Positions 16,530 to 29,343 of a DNA stretch of 64,000 nt are shown in pieces. The notes beneath the pieces are model-generated. The model was not told the DNA's origin. It searched no databases and was given only the letters and a program-made list of their open reading frames with translations. The DNA is from the human T2T-CHM13v2.0 reference genome, Homo sapiens. The first letter of the stretch is position 1; each line of letters begins with the position of its first letter. A program made the position numbers and the translations under genes. The stretch lies in the NCBI RefSeq assembly GCF_009914755.1, contig NC_060925.1; one strand, 5' to 3'.

Positions 16530-16705
16530 TTCTATGCACTCTTTACAAACATTATCTCATTTAAATTCTCAAAATAATCAAAAGGGTAGGAATTATCACC
16601 CCATTTTACAAACGCAGAAATTAAAGGACAGAGGGGATGAATAATCTGCCTAAGGTTCCAGAGCAAGTAAGTAGCAGAGAAGGCAAGAATCATCACTTCG
16701 TTCTC
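16530..16705. mobile_element. MIR
   Basis: ggtaggaattatcaccccattttacaaacgcagaaatt...atctgcctaaggttc. Confidence 0.6.
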
Positions 16706-17050
16706 AGGCACTGCAGCAAGTAACGACGTACAGGCATTTTATAACGACCACAGCACCTACACAATTCTCATGCAGAGAAACACCATTTTACAGAAAATAA
16801 CTTCCCAGTGTTGTCAAGATTTGACCTGAGCTTTCCAATGAACAGCTCAAGGCAGACTGCACAATTAAAAAGAGATCATCAAGTACTATAGTTACCAGTA
16901 AGGCCAAGAATAGAACACAGGTCTGCTGACCCTTGCACCAATGCCCAATCAGGCATGTTCTTTTGGATGCTGACACCCTTCTCAAGTTCCAAGTCACTTG
17001 CGAATAACAAAGAAATGAGTTAATAATTCTGGTAGACAGAAGAAAATGTA

Positions 17051-17165
17051 AGCCAGGCATGGTAGCGTGCACCTGTAATCCCAGCTATTCAGGGGAGGAT
17101 CACTTGAGCCCAGGAGTTTGAGACCAGCCAGGGCAACAGAGTTAGATCTTGTCTCATTAAAAAAG
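17051..17165 (+). mobile_element. Alu monomer fragment with (GA)n tail
   Basis: agccaggcatggtagcgtgcacctgtaatccc...ttgagcccaggagtttgag. Confidence 0.75.
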
Positions 17166-19593
17166 AGAGAGAGAGAAAGAGAGAGAGAATGTGAAAAGTA
17201 TCTATATTAGAGGGATTTGCTATCAAAAGGGGCATGACTATAAGAATTCTACCCAGCAAGTTCTGAATCAACAACACTGGTACATGCAAATCTCATCTTC
17301 TGCAGCAAAAAGTAAAAAATGACCTCTGCCCTCCCCTCCCTGTGGGCTGTGAATGATTAGCTTGGCTATGTTGATAACTAGAGAAAATAAGAAAACACAA
17401 GATGAGTGCCTCTCCCAGCTCATTATAATACTTACAGATTTACCCTACTACCAAACTCCTCCAGTGCAATGCAAAAGACAGCAAGGACACTATGAATATT
17501 TAGCAAATGTCAGGCATAATAAATCCTCCATTGCTGCAAACAACTCTCTCATTAGTTCCAATGATGGTGACTGATGAAGACTTTGGAAATAGGAAAACTG
17601 CTGGGTGCTAGAGAAGGGAGAAGAGCTACAGCGTGGGAAACTGTGAAGGCGGAGGAGTGATGGGGAAAGGTCTCAGCAAAGAGGCTAGTGGAAAAGACAA
17701 CCAGAGAACTAGCTCAAAAGGTTGGTGTACTGAGAATGCCTCTGAAGGAGAAAAAAGGCTATTTATTTACGGAGTCACACATCATCAATAAGAAGGGAAA
17801 ATCAAGAGCAAAAAGAAAAACAGAGTAGAAGAACTTAACTAGGTTAAAGGTTACTCACATCTGCTTCCACTACGGAGATAAAACACTAAGTAAAATTACC
17901 GAGCATTTCCAAATGCCAGATGGTAGAATTTAGATTTAATGCTTAATCTTCCAATTATGAATTTATTTTTTAAAACTGAAAGATAAAATAATTGTCAAGA
18001 TAGTTCTGTATCAAATTCTTCATGGTTTGCAACTTTTAGCAGAGCAGAGACAGAGAACTTGAGAGGCTACAATCTGAGCGATCAGGAGAAATCTACTCAC
18101 TGATCTCTTTTTTACTCAGCCAAACCAAACTTCCTACACTCGGGCAAAGGCATTTTAATTTTTAATCATATCAAACTTCAAGTCACTGAAATCCCCAGAA
18201 AACTTAAAATATGTATCTCAATATTCCATATTAAATAACTCTACCCTGTTCTGGGAAGGGTAAGAAATAAGTTGATTATATAGATTGGCATCATAATACA
18301 TCTTAGTTTAATGTTCATAAACAGGTTTCTCTCTCTCTGTTTTTTACCATTCTCAATATGATCCATCCTAGCATATGAGATGCGTAATACTTAAATTTAA
18401 TTGTCATTGACTGATGCAAATCATCCATTTATATATACAAGACTATACTTGAAATCACAAAACCCTTCTTCCCCATGAGTTATCACTGTCCTTGAGGTAC
18501 TATACAGTAAGTGTCCAGAAAAACAGCTCATTTTTAAAAAGACAGAATTAAACAAGAGGAAATCAGTAAACAACATCCAATTAAAAAATTAAGCCAAAAA
18601 ACCCAAATTATCCGCATACTTTTATAGTAGATATTCTTGCATCCATCTCCCACCTCCACTCCCTAAAAAAGCAGCTCAATGTCTAGGCAGATTAAACATG
18701 GATCACTCCTCCCAAAGTCCTGAAGAGTGTTTCTGGTTAATGAGTCCTCCCTTCGCCTTCAGACAGTGGAGTGGCTGCTCCAACTCCATCCCATCTGCCC
18801 TATCCCGTGGCCTAGCCAGAGGGAAGACTCTCTCCCCATCTGCCTCTACACCACCAGGGAAGGAGATGAGGAGGGAGGCAACCATAGGGAAATGAGAATG
18901 AATCCCTTCCCCGCATTCTCTTCATATAATTTCACTCTGTATTTTCCTCAGCAAATCCTTCTACCTCACGTTTATCGGGCACATTTGTCAGCTCTGACCC
19001 CCAGCTTTGTGAAATACTAAGTAGTTTTTTGTAAAGCTCCATTTAAGCAATTTATAAGATCCCCTTGTACATCTGTCCAGTGGAAAGTGCAAACTCTCAG
19101 GGACAGAATATTAAAGAGTTAAAACTCCTCTTCAAAACAGAGCAACATTGAAAAATGGAAAAAATCCCCCAGAACTCAAAGTATAATAAGCCACAAACCT
19201 CTGGTTTGGTTGATGATTTCTGCCAATTACCAAATTCAAACTAGTGATAAAATGCTATTTCCTATTCCAGCCACTATGTTTAAAATTTGATGTTAACTCT
19301 CCAACAATCCTTCCCCCACAACTAACCCTCTGTTCCCAAAGACCTTTCTGTTCTCAGAGTTACAACAGAAGTCTATGTTCTCCAGGCGGATAAGCATAAT
19401 CTGTCACTTTACTATCTAAAAATTATGAACTCAAATTAAAAGTCAAGGGAGTAAAACGGAGAGAATTCTGGAGGCCAGCCCGAGTCTGAGCACAGCGCAG
19501 GGTTAAAGGAAACCATTTCATAAGATCAAATGTGGAGAGGCAGCAGGAGCAAAGAGGAAAAAATCAAGTTACATAAAGTCCAATTGTACTCAC

Positions 19594-19674
19594 TGTTTCC
19601 TTATTGGGAAGCAGCTCCTTTCTAATTCTGAAGAAGTTCTTCCCGTACTGCCTGAGTCCCTTAACGAAGCGTTT
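19594..19674 (-). CDS. RERE: RERE internal coding exon (81 bp, phase 0/0): SANT domain core
   Basis: Minus strand reads tttctttttatcacag|AAACGC...GAAACA|gtgagt. Translates [27 protein letters not shown] and joins in frame to the upstream exon (WTEDEV-KRFVKG), giving the SANT signature. Confidence 0.96.
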
Positions 19675-20249
19675 CTGTGATAAAAAGAAACAAATGGGAT
19701 GTAAAAACCAAAAACAAAACAGGATGTCAGCAAAGCAAAGATATCTACAATCAGCAGAATAACAACCACAAAAAAAGTCTCGGCTAGGGAATACTGCCGA
19801 GGCTCGGAGAGTATGTCAGCAGCTCAGCTGGGACCCACTGGCCAGGGCAGGCCCCAGCTACCTTCATCAGAACCCCAATCCCACCCACCACGCAGGGCAG
19901 CGCGTTTAAGAGAAGGACGTCCTGCGTCTGAGGCTAAGAAGCAATCTGTCCCCCTCTTCCACCAGGCACACATTCTGGTGCACGAAGGTATAAATATGCT
20001 CCATGTTTTAATAAAACACAACTGCTTTCCCACCTGAGAACCAAGCTTCCCAGAAGTGTCGAGCAGAAAGGGGAAACAGAACCAAACCCGGTGACTCTTC
20101 TCCAGAAGGGAACCCTAGGGGGTTAAAAGGCCGCTTTCCTTAATCCAAAGAATTTGCCAGGAGGCACCGGAAGGCACCAGTATCACAGAAGCCCACCGGG
20201 AACACGAAAGCCAGCGGGCCTGCCCCACCGTCCGTCATTAAAAGCCACT

Positions 20250-21230
20250 CCGAGACACCAGAGAATAACCAGCACCCCTTCCGCCCTCCCGACGCCACTC
20301 GCCGCCCCCATCCATTTTCGCAGCAGACTCGTCCCTAACCCCAGCCCGGAGACTTTCACTTTGTCCCATGCCTCCCGAGCACCCCTCCCCGCCCCGGTGG
20401 GGGCAGCTCCTGGCTCCGAGCCCCCACCTCGGGGCTCCCAGCCTGGTCCCGGGCGGCCGACCCCAGCAGCCACAGGTAAGCGCCCGGGGTCCGGGGCGGC
20501 AAGAGGCCGTCGCCTGTCACTGGGCTCCGGCTCCACAAAGCGCAGGGCGGAGGCGGCCGCGGGTGGCTCGGCGTGTGACCGCGGCGGGGCCGCGCGGCGC
20601 GGGGCCCGGGGGGCGCGGGGCTGGGGCCGCCGCTGACGGGGGAGGAGGCAGGAGCGCGGCGCGCAGAGCCCGGCGCGGCCGCGGGCGGCTGCAAAAGGCG
20701 GCCTGGATTGCCGCCGCCCTCCTGTCCGCCAGCCGGGGCCCCGCGCCCCGGCCCCGGCCCCGCCCCCGGCCCGACCCCCACCCCGAGGCCGGAGCCTCCA
20801 GGGCACCCGGCGCTGGAATCTGTGTCCTCCTTCCGGACAGGAGAACATCAAGGCGGTAAAGCACAGAAACTTCCTCCCTACCGCAGCAAGCGTGGGGAGA
20901 GGGCGCCCACAGGGCTGGGGCCCTTCCCAGGCTGCTGGGTCTCCAGCCCACGTTCCGGATGGACGAAGTCGGCTGCGCCCCGGCCGCACGCCCTCCGCCC
21001 CAACCCCGCCTCAGCTGCGAAACGGGGGGCTGGCTCCGACGCCCCCCGCGGTCCCTTCCGGCCCGCGATTGTGGGCGGCCTCTCCCTGGCGGCCCAGGCA
21101 TTAGCCTGCACTTCCCCGGCCGCCGCTTCACAACTAAATCACCGCGGAAGCTTCCCAGCCAATAAATCACCTGCCCACCGGGCAGAGGGTCCCTCCCACT
21201 CCCTGTGTTTGAGACCCGCCAGGCGGATTC
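20250..21230. promoter_or_regulatory. RERE: Intragenic CpG island; internal promoter of short RERE isoform, probably bidirectional
   Basis: Very high GC and CpG density, many GC boxes, CCAAT at 21159-21163, AP-1 site ATGACTCAT nearby at 21326-21334. A short RERE isoform from an internal promoter is known (from recall). Confidence 0.85.
20428..20560 (-). other. RERE: Probable alternative first exon of short RERE isoform (5' boundary approximate)
   Basis: Minus-strand donor GAG|GTGGGG after 20428 inside the CpG island, 753 nt from the acceptor at 19675; no ATG in the exon. Position agrees with my recollection of the annotated short transcript (unverified). Confidence 0.6.
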
Positions 21231-22699
21231 AGTGAAGGGCCAGACTTAGCCTTTTAAGACCAGTCTGCAACCTCCTACTCCAGTAGTGGAGGCTTTGCGT
21301 TTTTGAATTTCACCCTTGCTGAGATATGACTCATCGTTGTCAATTTTCAATATAATTCATACAGTTCGAAGGGAAAATCTCTCAAGGCACAAGAAAGCAG
21401 CAAGCTCTCCTCTAGTGTGAGGAGTGACCTTTGTTACTTGACAAAAGTATCGTTTATATGATCAACAGGCATCCTACGCTGTGTGCACACAGCATATCAC
21501 CGGGAGAGACGGCACGGAAAGATGGCCCTGCCCTCAAGGAGCTGCAGTCTGCCCAGGAAGGCAGACAGGTAAACAAACCAGTCCTAGGGCCTGCAAGAAA
21601 AGCAGCAGAGGAACAAAGGGTGGTGGGTGGAGCTAGGAAGAGGAAGCAACTTACTCTGCTTGCTGATGTCTTAGAGGAAGTGACAAGGAAGAGTGTGAGC
21701 CTGCCAGGTGGGCTCCAGCAGGGCTTCCAGCAGAAGTCAGCCAGGAAAAGGCACAGGGAACATTCTGGGAACTGCAAGGAGGACAGGGTGTGCAGAATGG
21801 AGTGCCAGCAGATAAGACGAAAGAGGCAGGCAAGGATCCGGTTGCAGAGAGCCCTTCAGGCCGCACGGAAGAGTTCCTAATTGTAGGCTGGCAGAAAGGC
21901 TGAAGCTGGAGCTTTCCATGAAAAGACTGGATGAGGACTGTGCCAGTGGCAGTGTGGCCTAAGTGTAGATTAGGGACAGACCAGTTAAAGAGGCTGCTGA
22001 CACAGTTCAGGTATGAGATGAGGACCTCAACTACTGGCACACTCCACCTCAGTAATCAGAATTCCTGCCGCTTAATCCATTCTTCAAGTATTCAGGTATT
22101 TACTGAGCACCTAGCTGAGAGGGGTCTAGGAAGATAATAAAGGTTGCCATGGACCTTTACTGAACTGTGATTCATTTTTGCACGTAAGATAAGTATGTGT
22201 GAAGTCATTACAGAACATTCTGAGATGTCATCTGGCCAAGCATAAAGAAGTGAGGTGCAGCTCATCAGTGCAGCAAGGGACCCAAGAAGGCTAGACTGCA
22301 GTGGTCTGTAGTAGTTCAGAATGCCTTCGCCAAGGCAGTGACATCAGCGAGATCACAAGGGGTGGGCAACTATTGCAGGGGTGGGAGGTGGCTTGGTGAC
22401 CGGGCCCTCCGTGAAGGTCAGAGGTGGAGAATGGGAGGTGGGTTACAGGGGACAGTCTACACAGACTTGGGGCGGGCAATCTGGAGTGAGCCAGGCTGTG
22501 GAACGCCAGGACCATGCAATCGGAACGTGGGCTTGATACCAAGTGACATCTAACAGGTCCAGTAAAAGAGGCCTACACAATAAAGGCAGCATGTGAGAAA
22601 GGCTGACTCTGGAACATCAGGGTAAGGTGGCAGAGTTGGACAAACAAATTCAGATCCTGTTTCTTCCATTTATTGTGATGCAATCCTTTGAACATCATC

Positions 22700-22900
22700 C
22701 ATTCAACCAATAGTTACTAAGTACCTACTATATGCCAGGAGCCTCATATATATTAATTCGAAATCTTTACAACCTAAGAAGAAGTACAATTATTATCCCC
22801 ATTTTACAGACAAGGAAGCTGAGGCACAGATAGGTAACTAGATCAACTCCTCAGAGACAAAGCCAGAATTCAAACTTAAGCCCCCTCAAATCCTCAGAGC
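22700..22900. mobile_element. MIR
   Basis: attatccccattttacagacaaggaagctgaggcacaga core. Confidence 0.7.
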
Positions 22901-23039
22901 CACACTCTGTAAAATGCAGGCAGGCGTCTACAGTGGTCACTATTTTCTGTTACCATTTTCTATGAGTCTGTACTTTCCTCTTCTCGGGTCCAATGTCAAA
23001 TCATAAAGTCCTCAGTATTCTTCCTAAGAAGTGTCTTTC

Positions 23040-23334
<295 letters not shown>

Positions 23335-23889
23335 GTGTCTTTCAACGCCCTCCTTTCCTGCTCATGCTAGTGGCAGTCCCAGGCCAGACCTTTATCTCTC
23401 TTTCCTAATAACTAGGCTATTAACCATCTCCCCCATCCAGCCATTTAAAAGCCTCTGCCAAGGAATTTTTCCCAACTATAGATTTCATCCTGAGTCCCAC
23501 TTTATCTGGCCCTTAGCCCCTACCTAAGAACAGCATGGTGGTCTCTGCAGGACAGTGTTTACACTCCTTAGCCCTGAATTCAAGGCCCTCCAGGATCCTG
23601 GCCCTGCCCACCTTTCCAGCCAGATGTCCAGTAATGCCAACTGGCCCACACTGGGGGACCTCTGTCTCAACTCCAGAATCTGGGTAAGGCATCTCCACGT
23701 TCACCTCAAAATCTCTCCTACTCCCAAATGAAACCAGATGTCCAGTTACTCTCTCATTAGTTTATTTATTTGTATAAGGCCTGCTTACCCAAAAAGTCCA
23801 TAAACTCTTAAAATAATTACATCTTACACCTAGTGCCTCCATATAACACTAGGCAGTTGATGCTCACCACATTTTTTGTCTCCTTTAAA

Positions 23890-24022
23890 AATTATTTATT
23901 TATTAACGATGAGGTCTCACTATATTGCCCAGGCTGGTCTCAAACTCCTGGCCTCAAGCAATCCTCCCGCTTTGACCTCCCAAAGTGTTGAGATTACAGG
24001 TGTGAGTCACCGCACCCGGACA
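23890..24022 (-). mobile_element. FLAM
   Basis: Left monomer only. Confidence 0.75.
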
Positions 24023-27000
24023 AGTGAAACCAACCATGAGATGCTGAGGGCCTGGGCTAGGGTGGTCACAGTGGAAATGGACTGTTGAAAGCCAGAAGGT
24101 CCATTTTGAACTCTCCTAACAGAGCTGAACTCTTGCTCCATGATGCCAAACTCTCCTAGTTTTGCTCATACCACTTGGCCTAATTCTCTACTCAACCTCT
24201 AAATGCTGGAGTCTCCCCAAAGCTTTGTCCTAGGGCTTTCTGCTATATATATCCTCTCCCCATATGATCTCCACTGTTCCCTTGGCTCTAAATATCTTTC
24301 GAGATTGTCACTGGTATTTCTAAGACTAAATCTATGGTCCAAGTCCACTGGGAACACTCAACTTGAACGTTTCACAGGTATCTCAAACTAATTACTTCCA
24401 GAAATAGGAATTTGACATCTGGTGGTGAACACAGACCTACCACAGCTGTCAATGTATGTCAATATAATGCTATCAAGAGCAAAAGCACCCTTGGCCCCAC
24501 TTTAAAAAAAAAAAAAAAAAAAAAAAGGAAGTAAAAGCTTCATGTGGCCTGTACTGTTACTTCTCTATGGAAAGCCACAAGGCCTCAAAACCAGCAAAAC
24601 ATCTGCTTCTCAGAGACCAGCCTTTAGCTTGTGGTTTACCAGAAATGTAGAGTAGCCCTGAAAATCGAAACAAAGACGACCACTCACAGTAGTCAATGAT
24701 TGGAAGGGGTCACACGTGAAAGAGACTTCTGTTGCGGCTGTCTCCTTTCCCTCTATAAATTCATCGCTCTTCAAATGAAGACCCCGAAGTTTTTAAGACT
24801 TTAACAATTAACACTATTGACTTATAAATCAACAGGCCCTATAAGCCTCTAAATGCAAGTTCATGGAGACAGTCTGTTTCTTAAGAGTCTTCTAGTTGTT
24901 GAGCTGAAATTCGGCATTTCCAGTGCTGAAATTCAAGGTCTCATGAATTATTTCTGTGTCCATTAGTTTTTCTATCACTCCCAGTGTATAGATATTAGAA
25001 TAGCAGGATGCCAAGGGTAAAGGAGGAAGGAAATATAGAAGGCAAGTCACTGACTTGGCCACTGCTGCCAGCGCTGGGCAGCTCTGCTGTTTATGCTCCC
25101 CAGCTCATAGCCTGCCCACTCTCAGACGCACGAACTGAGCGTCTTGAGATGTTGGCACTTGTTTCTCTGGTGTGTTCATGCCCAACCAACCCAACTAGGT
25201 GCTGCTCCTTGGAAACATAAAACAAGTCCTTTTCTGTTTGTGTACCCCCATAGCCAGGTGAGATCCAAATATAAATAAATATTTATGGCAAGGAGATTGT
25301 TGCTTTGTGTTACAACTTACGTTTATGATTTTGTGCTCTAATTTTTAGATAAACTGCTATAGTTTTCCACTGTTGAGCTGAATTTCGTATCACCATCAAA
25401 AGTTACCTACCTACAAGTCCCTAGTAGAGAAAATTTAACTTCTGGCTTTAAAAAAGTAAGTTACCTGAACCCAGCATTACTAGCCTTGGGTTTTAATAGA
25501 ACCTGGAAAGCTCTGTTTTGCATTTTCGCTACAGTGGAAAGAACGCAAGGTTCAGACTTGGAAGCCATGTGATCTAGTCTGCTCCTATGTTCCAAAAAGG
25601 AAATTCTGACATGGCTGTTTAGACCTAGCCACTTTAGAAACAGCTATATTGGAATAAAAATAACAATAACATAAAAATAAAAATAACCACGTCAAAATGC
25701 ATTAAATTAATGTGTTCAAAAGTTCCTCATGCTATTGCTTGAGCCCACCCCCTGTCATAGTCCCCCAAGCCTTGTGCCTCAGCCTCACTGGTCTGCCTAG
25801 ATACTGGTCCTCACCTCTCCACCTTTGGGATGGCACGTGGACCTGGTGCAAGTAGCATCACCATTAACCTACTGATGAGTACAAACGGCATTGATTTTTA
25901 CATGCGTCATGGTATGAGAAAGGCAGGGAAACACCACCCTAGAACAATAAAAATGGTGAACACTGAGCGCTATAACGTGCCAGCCACTGTCTTAAAGGCT
26001 CTAATGCACTAGCTCATTTAATCATCACAACAACCTTATGAGGCAGAGGCTACTGCTATTCCCATCTTTTAGGTGGGAAAAGTAACCATGTATCACTAAA
26101 TCCTTGAATCAGGCTGGGAGGGTCAAGGGGGACCAGTGTAAAAAATTGGGAAGCCTCAGAGCTGTGGTGGGCCTAGGAATGGAGCCGAGGGTGCAGACAA
26201 GGGATGTGATGATGTGGCTGCTGCCTGTGTTTGCATCCCAAGATATTGTTTCCCAAAAATTCTATGTGTGGATAGAGAATACTGGGCTGAGAGTAAACCC
26301 TGAAAGGGTAAGGTGTGCAAATTCCCCTCATCTACACATGAAACTCCCAGCACATCTCATTCTGGCGTCATCCCAGGTGCTGGACCTGACCCCTATCTGC
26401 AGTAGCAAGAGAGCAGAAGACAGGGGCTAAGCTACAAAAATGGCTAAAAGATACCTCTGCATTAACCCCTGGCTGAGAGCTTTCAAAATTAACTCCCTCT
26501 GGTGAATTTTAACTAGTGTATCACAGTCAGAAACTCACCATGACTTCTGAAAAGGGACATCTACTCAGTCCTCTTACATAACTGTTTGGAAAACACTGTA
26601 GGTATTAAAATGATTCCCACTGTGAAAATGGCTCCTTCTGTTTTACCCTGATTTCTGCACAAAATTTTATGTTAATAATTTATTGGTTCACAGGGGACAG
26701 AAAAGCAGGCAGATCTGCTAGTAAGCAAACTACAGCTCCCCCGAGGAGACACACAGGCAGTGGGTAAGAGGAACAGACCCATGGCTCCACTGAAGACACA
26801 GAGCAGCAGACGAAAAAGACATGTCCTAAATGTTAAATGGTAAGGAGGGGTAGGGTGAAAAAAGGGAACATGGATGCCAGGCAGAAGAAATAAAAGCCTT
26901 TCCAAACATTTGTATTACATGATGCTGGCTCTCACTGATAAACCACTGGATGAGAACTGTACTTCATCCATATCATCCTGTTGGTTGCAGATCCCGTCAC

Positions 27001-27985
27001 CCCATATCTAAAACATATTTCCTTCTGGAGCTTTACTGTTGATACTGCTTTGAGATGTATCATTTGGTTTTGGTTTTACATATTTAACATTTTAATGAAA
27101 GGGTGACTTGAGTAAGGCACTACTTTGTCAATAAATAGCAACAGAACCAATTTGCCTGGGAGGAGACCTGCCAGCAAGCCATGAGGGGCATTTCCAAAAT
27201 TTCCAGTATAGGCTGCTCCCAATTTCTGCCTCCACTTTAAAAACACTTTGCACTTACTAGTGTTATTCCAGGAGAGCCAGTTAATAGTTTAATGAAACTA
27301 GTTAGAGTTTAAAGGCAGCAAATGGGATAATTTAAAATAATCATCCCATTTTTATTGATGGTTCTCAAATCTCTCTCCAGATCTGACATTTTGCCCTAGC
27401 TCAGACTTGCACCTACACTTTCTATTCAGACTAACGTCCTCCATAGTTTTAGGACATCACCATCCCAACTTGGGCACTGACAGCCCACAGGCCACATCCT
27501 CCTCAAGTAGCAACTCATGAACCCAGAGAACTGACTGAAATAGTTCAGTGTTTCTTGAGCTCCCCAAGGCCTTCAGGCTTCTGTGCAGAGTGGAAGTGGT
27601 AGTGGTAGTGGCACAAGTATGCTAATTGCCACAGTACACTCTCCAAGGTAAGTGTAACCGGGCCCATTCTACAGATAAACTAAAGGTTAGGTAAATTAAA
27701 TCTCCTGGCCCATCCACATCTAATCATCATCAGGGCCAGGATTCAAGTCCAGTTCTAACAACAAAAGCCATGCCAATGGTAACAGAGTGTGTGTGAGCTG
27801 CTAAGTACTTCTGTGTATTAACTCATGCCATTAAAGTCCGTAGATGCCATAGGGTGACCCAGAGCCACACTGGGTAGGCCCCTCCAGGCATTCCTTTGTC
27901 TTCCAAATACCAACTGAGGTGCAGGCTTATTACCCTTACGTTACTACTGGCACAAGTAAAACTTCTTCCTGCATATACCTTAAGA

Positions 27986-28504
27986 CGGGGGTCTCCAGTC
28001 CCCAGGGTACAAACCACTACCAGCCTGTTAGGAACTGGGCCACAAAGCAGGAAGTGAGCGGCAGGCAAGTGAGCAAAGCTTCATCTGTATTTACAGATGC
28101 TCCCCCTGGCTTGCATTACCGCCTGAGCTCTACCTCCTGTCACATCAGCAGCGGCATTAGATTTTCATAGGACCACGAATCCTATTGTGAACTGCGCATG
28201 TGAGGGATCTGGGTTGCGTGCTTCTTTTGAGAATCTAATGTCTGATGATCTGTCACTGTTTTCCATCACCCTCAGGTGGGACTGTCCAGTTGCAGGAAAA
28301 CAAGCTCAGGGCTCCTACTGATTCTACATTATAGGGAGTTGTATAATTAATTCATTACATATTACAATGTAATAATAATAGAAATAAAGTGCACAATAAA
28401 TGTAATGCGCTTGAATCATCCTGAAACCATCCTTCCCCTCAGCCCATGGAAAAGCTGTCTTCCACAAAGCTGGTCCCTGGTTCCAAAAAGGTTGGGGACC
28501 TCTG
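27986..28504 (+). mobile_element. MER1A (hAT-Charlie non-autonomous)
   Basis: ~520 bp; TIR-like cgggggtctccag ... gttggggacctctg; MER1 internal ggcattagattttcatagga. Confidence 0.8.
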
Positions 28505-29263
28505 CTGTATACCACTGTAGTCTTATAAACACTGTTTACTTAATTAACCTAAACATTTAAAATGTTTCCTTTCTTCAATAATAAATTAACCTTAGCTTAC
28601 TGTAACTTTTTTCACTTTATAAAGTTTAAAATTAACCTCATGGGCCTAGCACCTCAAATCTCCCCCGCTTCTCTCTCCCCAAGCCAGCTTGCCCTCTCTT
28701 AGCTCCCTGTGGCCCTATTTCTGTCAGCTGCAGCAGAGTTCTAGAAGAAGTGCCTGGCGTGCTCTCTGTCCATTCCCACTCCTTCCATCAGTCACCATGC
28801 CCTCTAGATTCATTCTTCACTTCATGGAGTTTCCTGTTCGGCATGCTCCTCGGTTTTTGCAAGGGCTCTGCCAACTACAGGGCCACGTCATGCCAGTGAC
28901 TGCACTGGTCTCCTCCCTGGCCTCAGTGTGTCTCCACACCCCTCCCCCCAACATTCCAGTTCTGGGCATTCTGTATATTAATGTGTTCTCTTATTTGAAG
29001 ACCTGTGACAATTCCTAGTACGTCCAAACTATCGGTCTGCTAGTTAGTTAACAGCCTCCACAATTGGGTTCCCAATCACCTACACCACCATGTAGTGAAG
29101 TTAGTTACTGCAGTACCCCATCCTGATTCCTTTCCCTGGGTTTTTACCAATGCCTTTCTCTCTTACCCAATCTAGAATGTCCCCTCTTCACTTCTGCTTA
29201 TTCAAACACATCAACTCAACTAACATTCATTGAGCCCTCATTCTAGTGAACACACTGTGCAAA

Positions 29264-29343
29264 GAGCACAGCACGAGGCACTGAGTGAACAAGGAGCACA
29301 GCACGAGGCACTGAGTGAACAAGGAGCACAGCACGAGGCACTG
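29264..29343 (+). repeat. 30-bp minisatellite, ~2.7 perfect copies
   Basis: Unit gagcacagcacgaggcactgagtgaacaag. Confidence 0.9.

Noticed and set aside
20154-21235. Long overlapping ORFs (160-268 aa) on both strands
   Set aside because: Low-complexity Arg/Gly/Pro/Ala, expected from stop-codon scarcity in a CpG island; no recognisable domain.
29264-29343. 30-bp repeats as a CRISPR-like array
   Set aside because: No unique spacers and eukaryotic context; an ordinary minisatellite.
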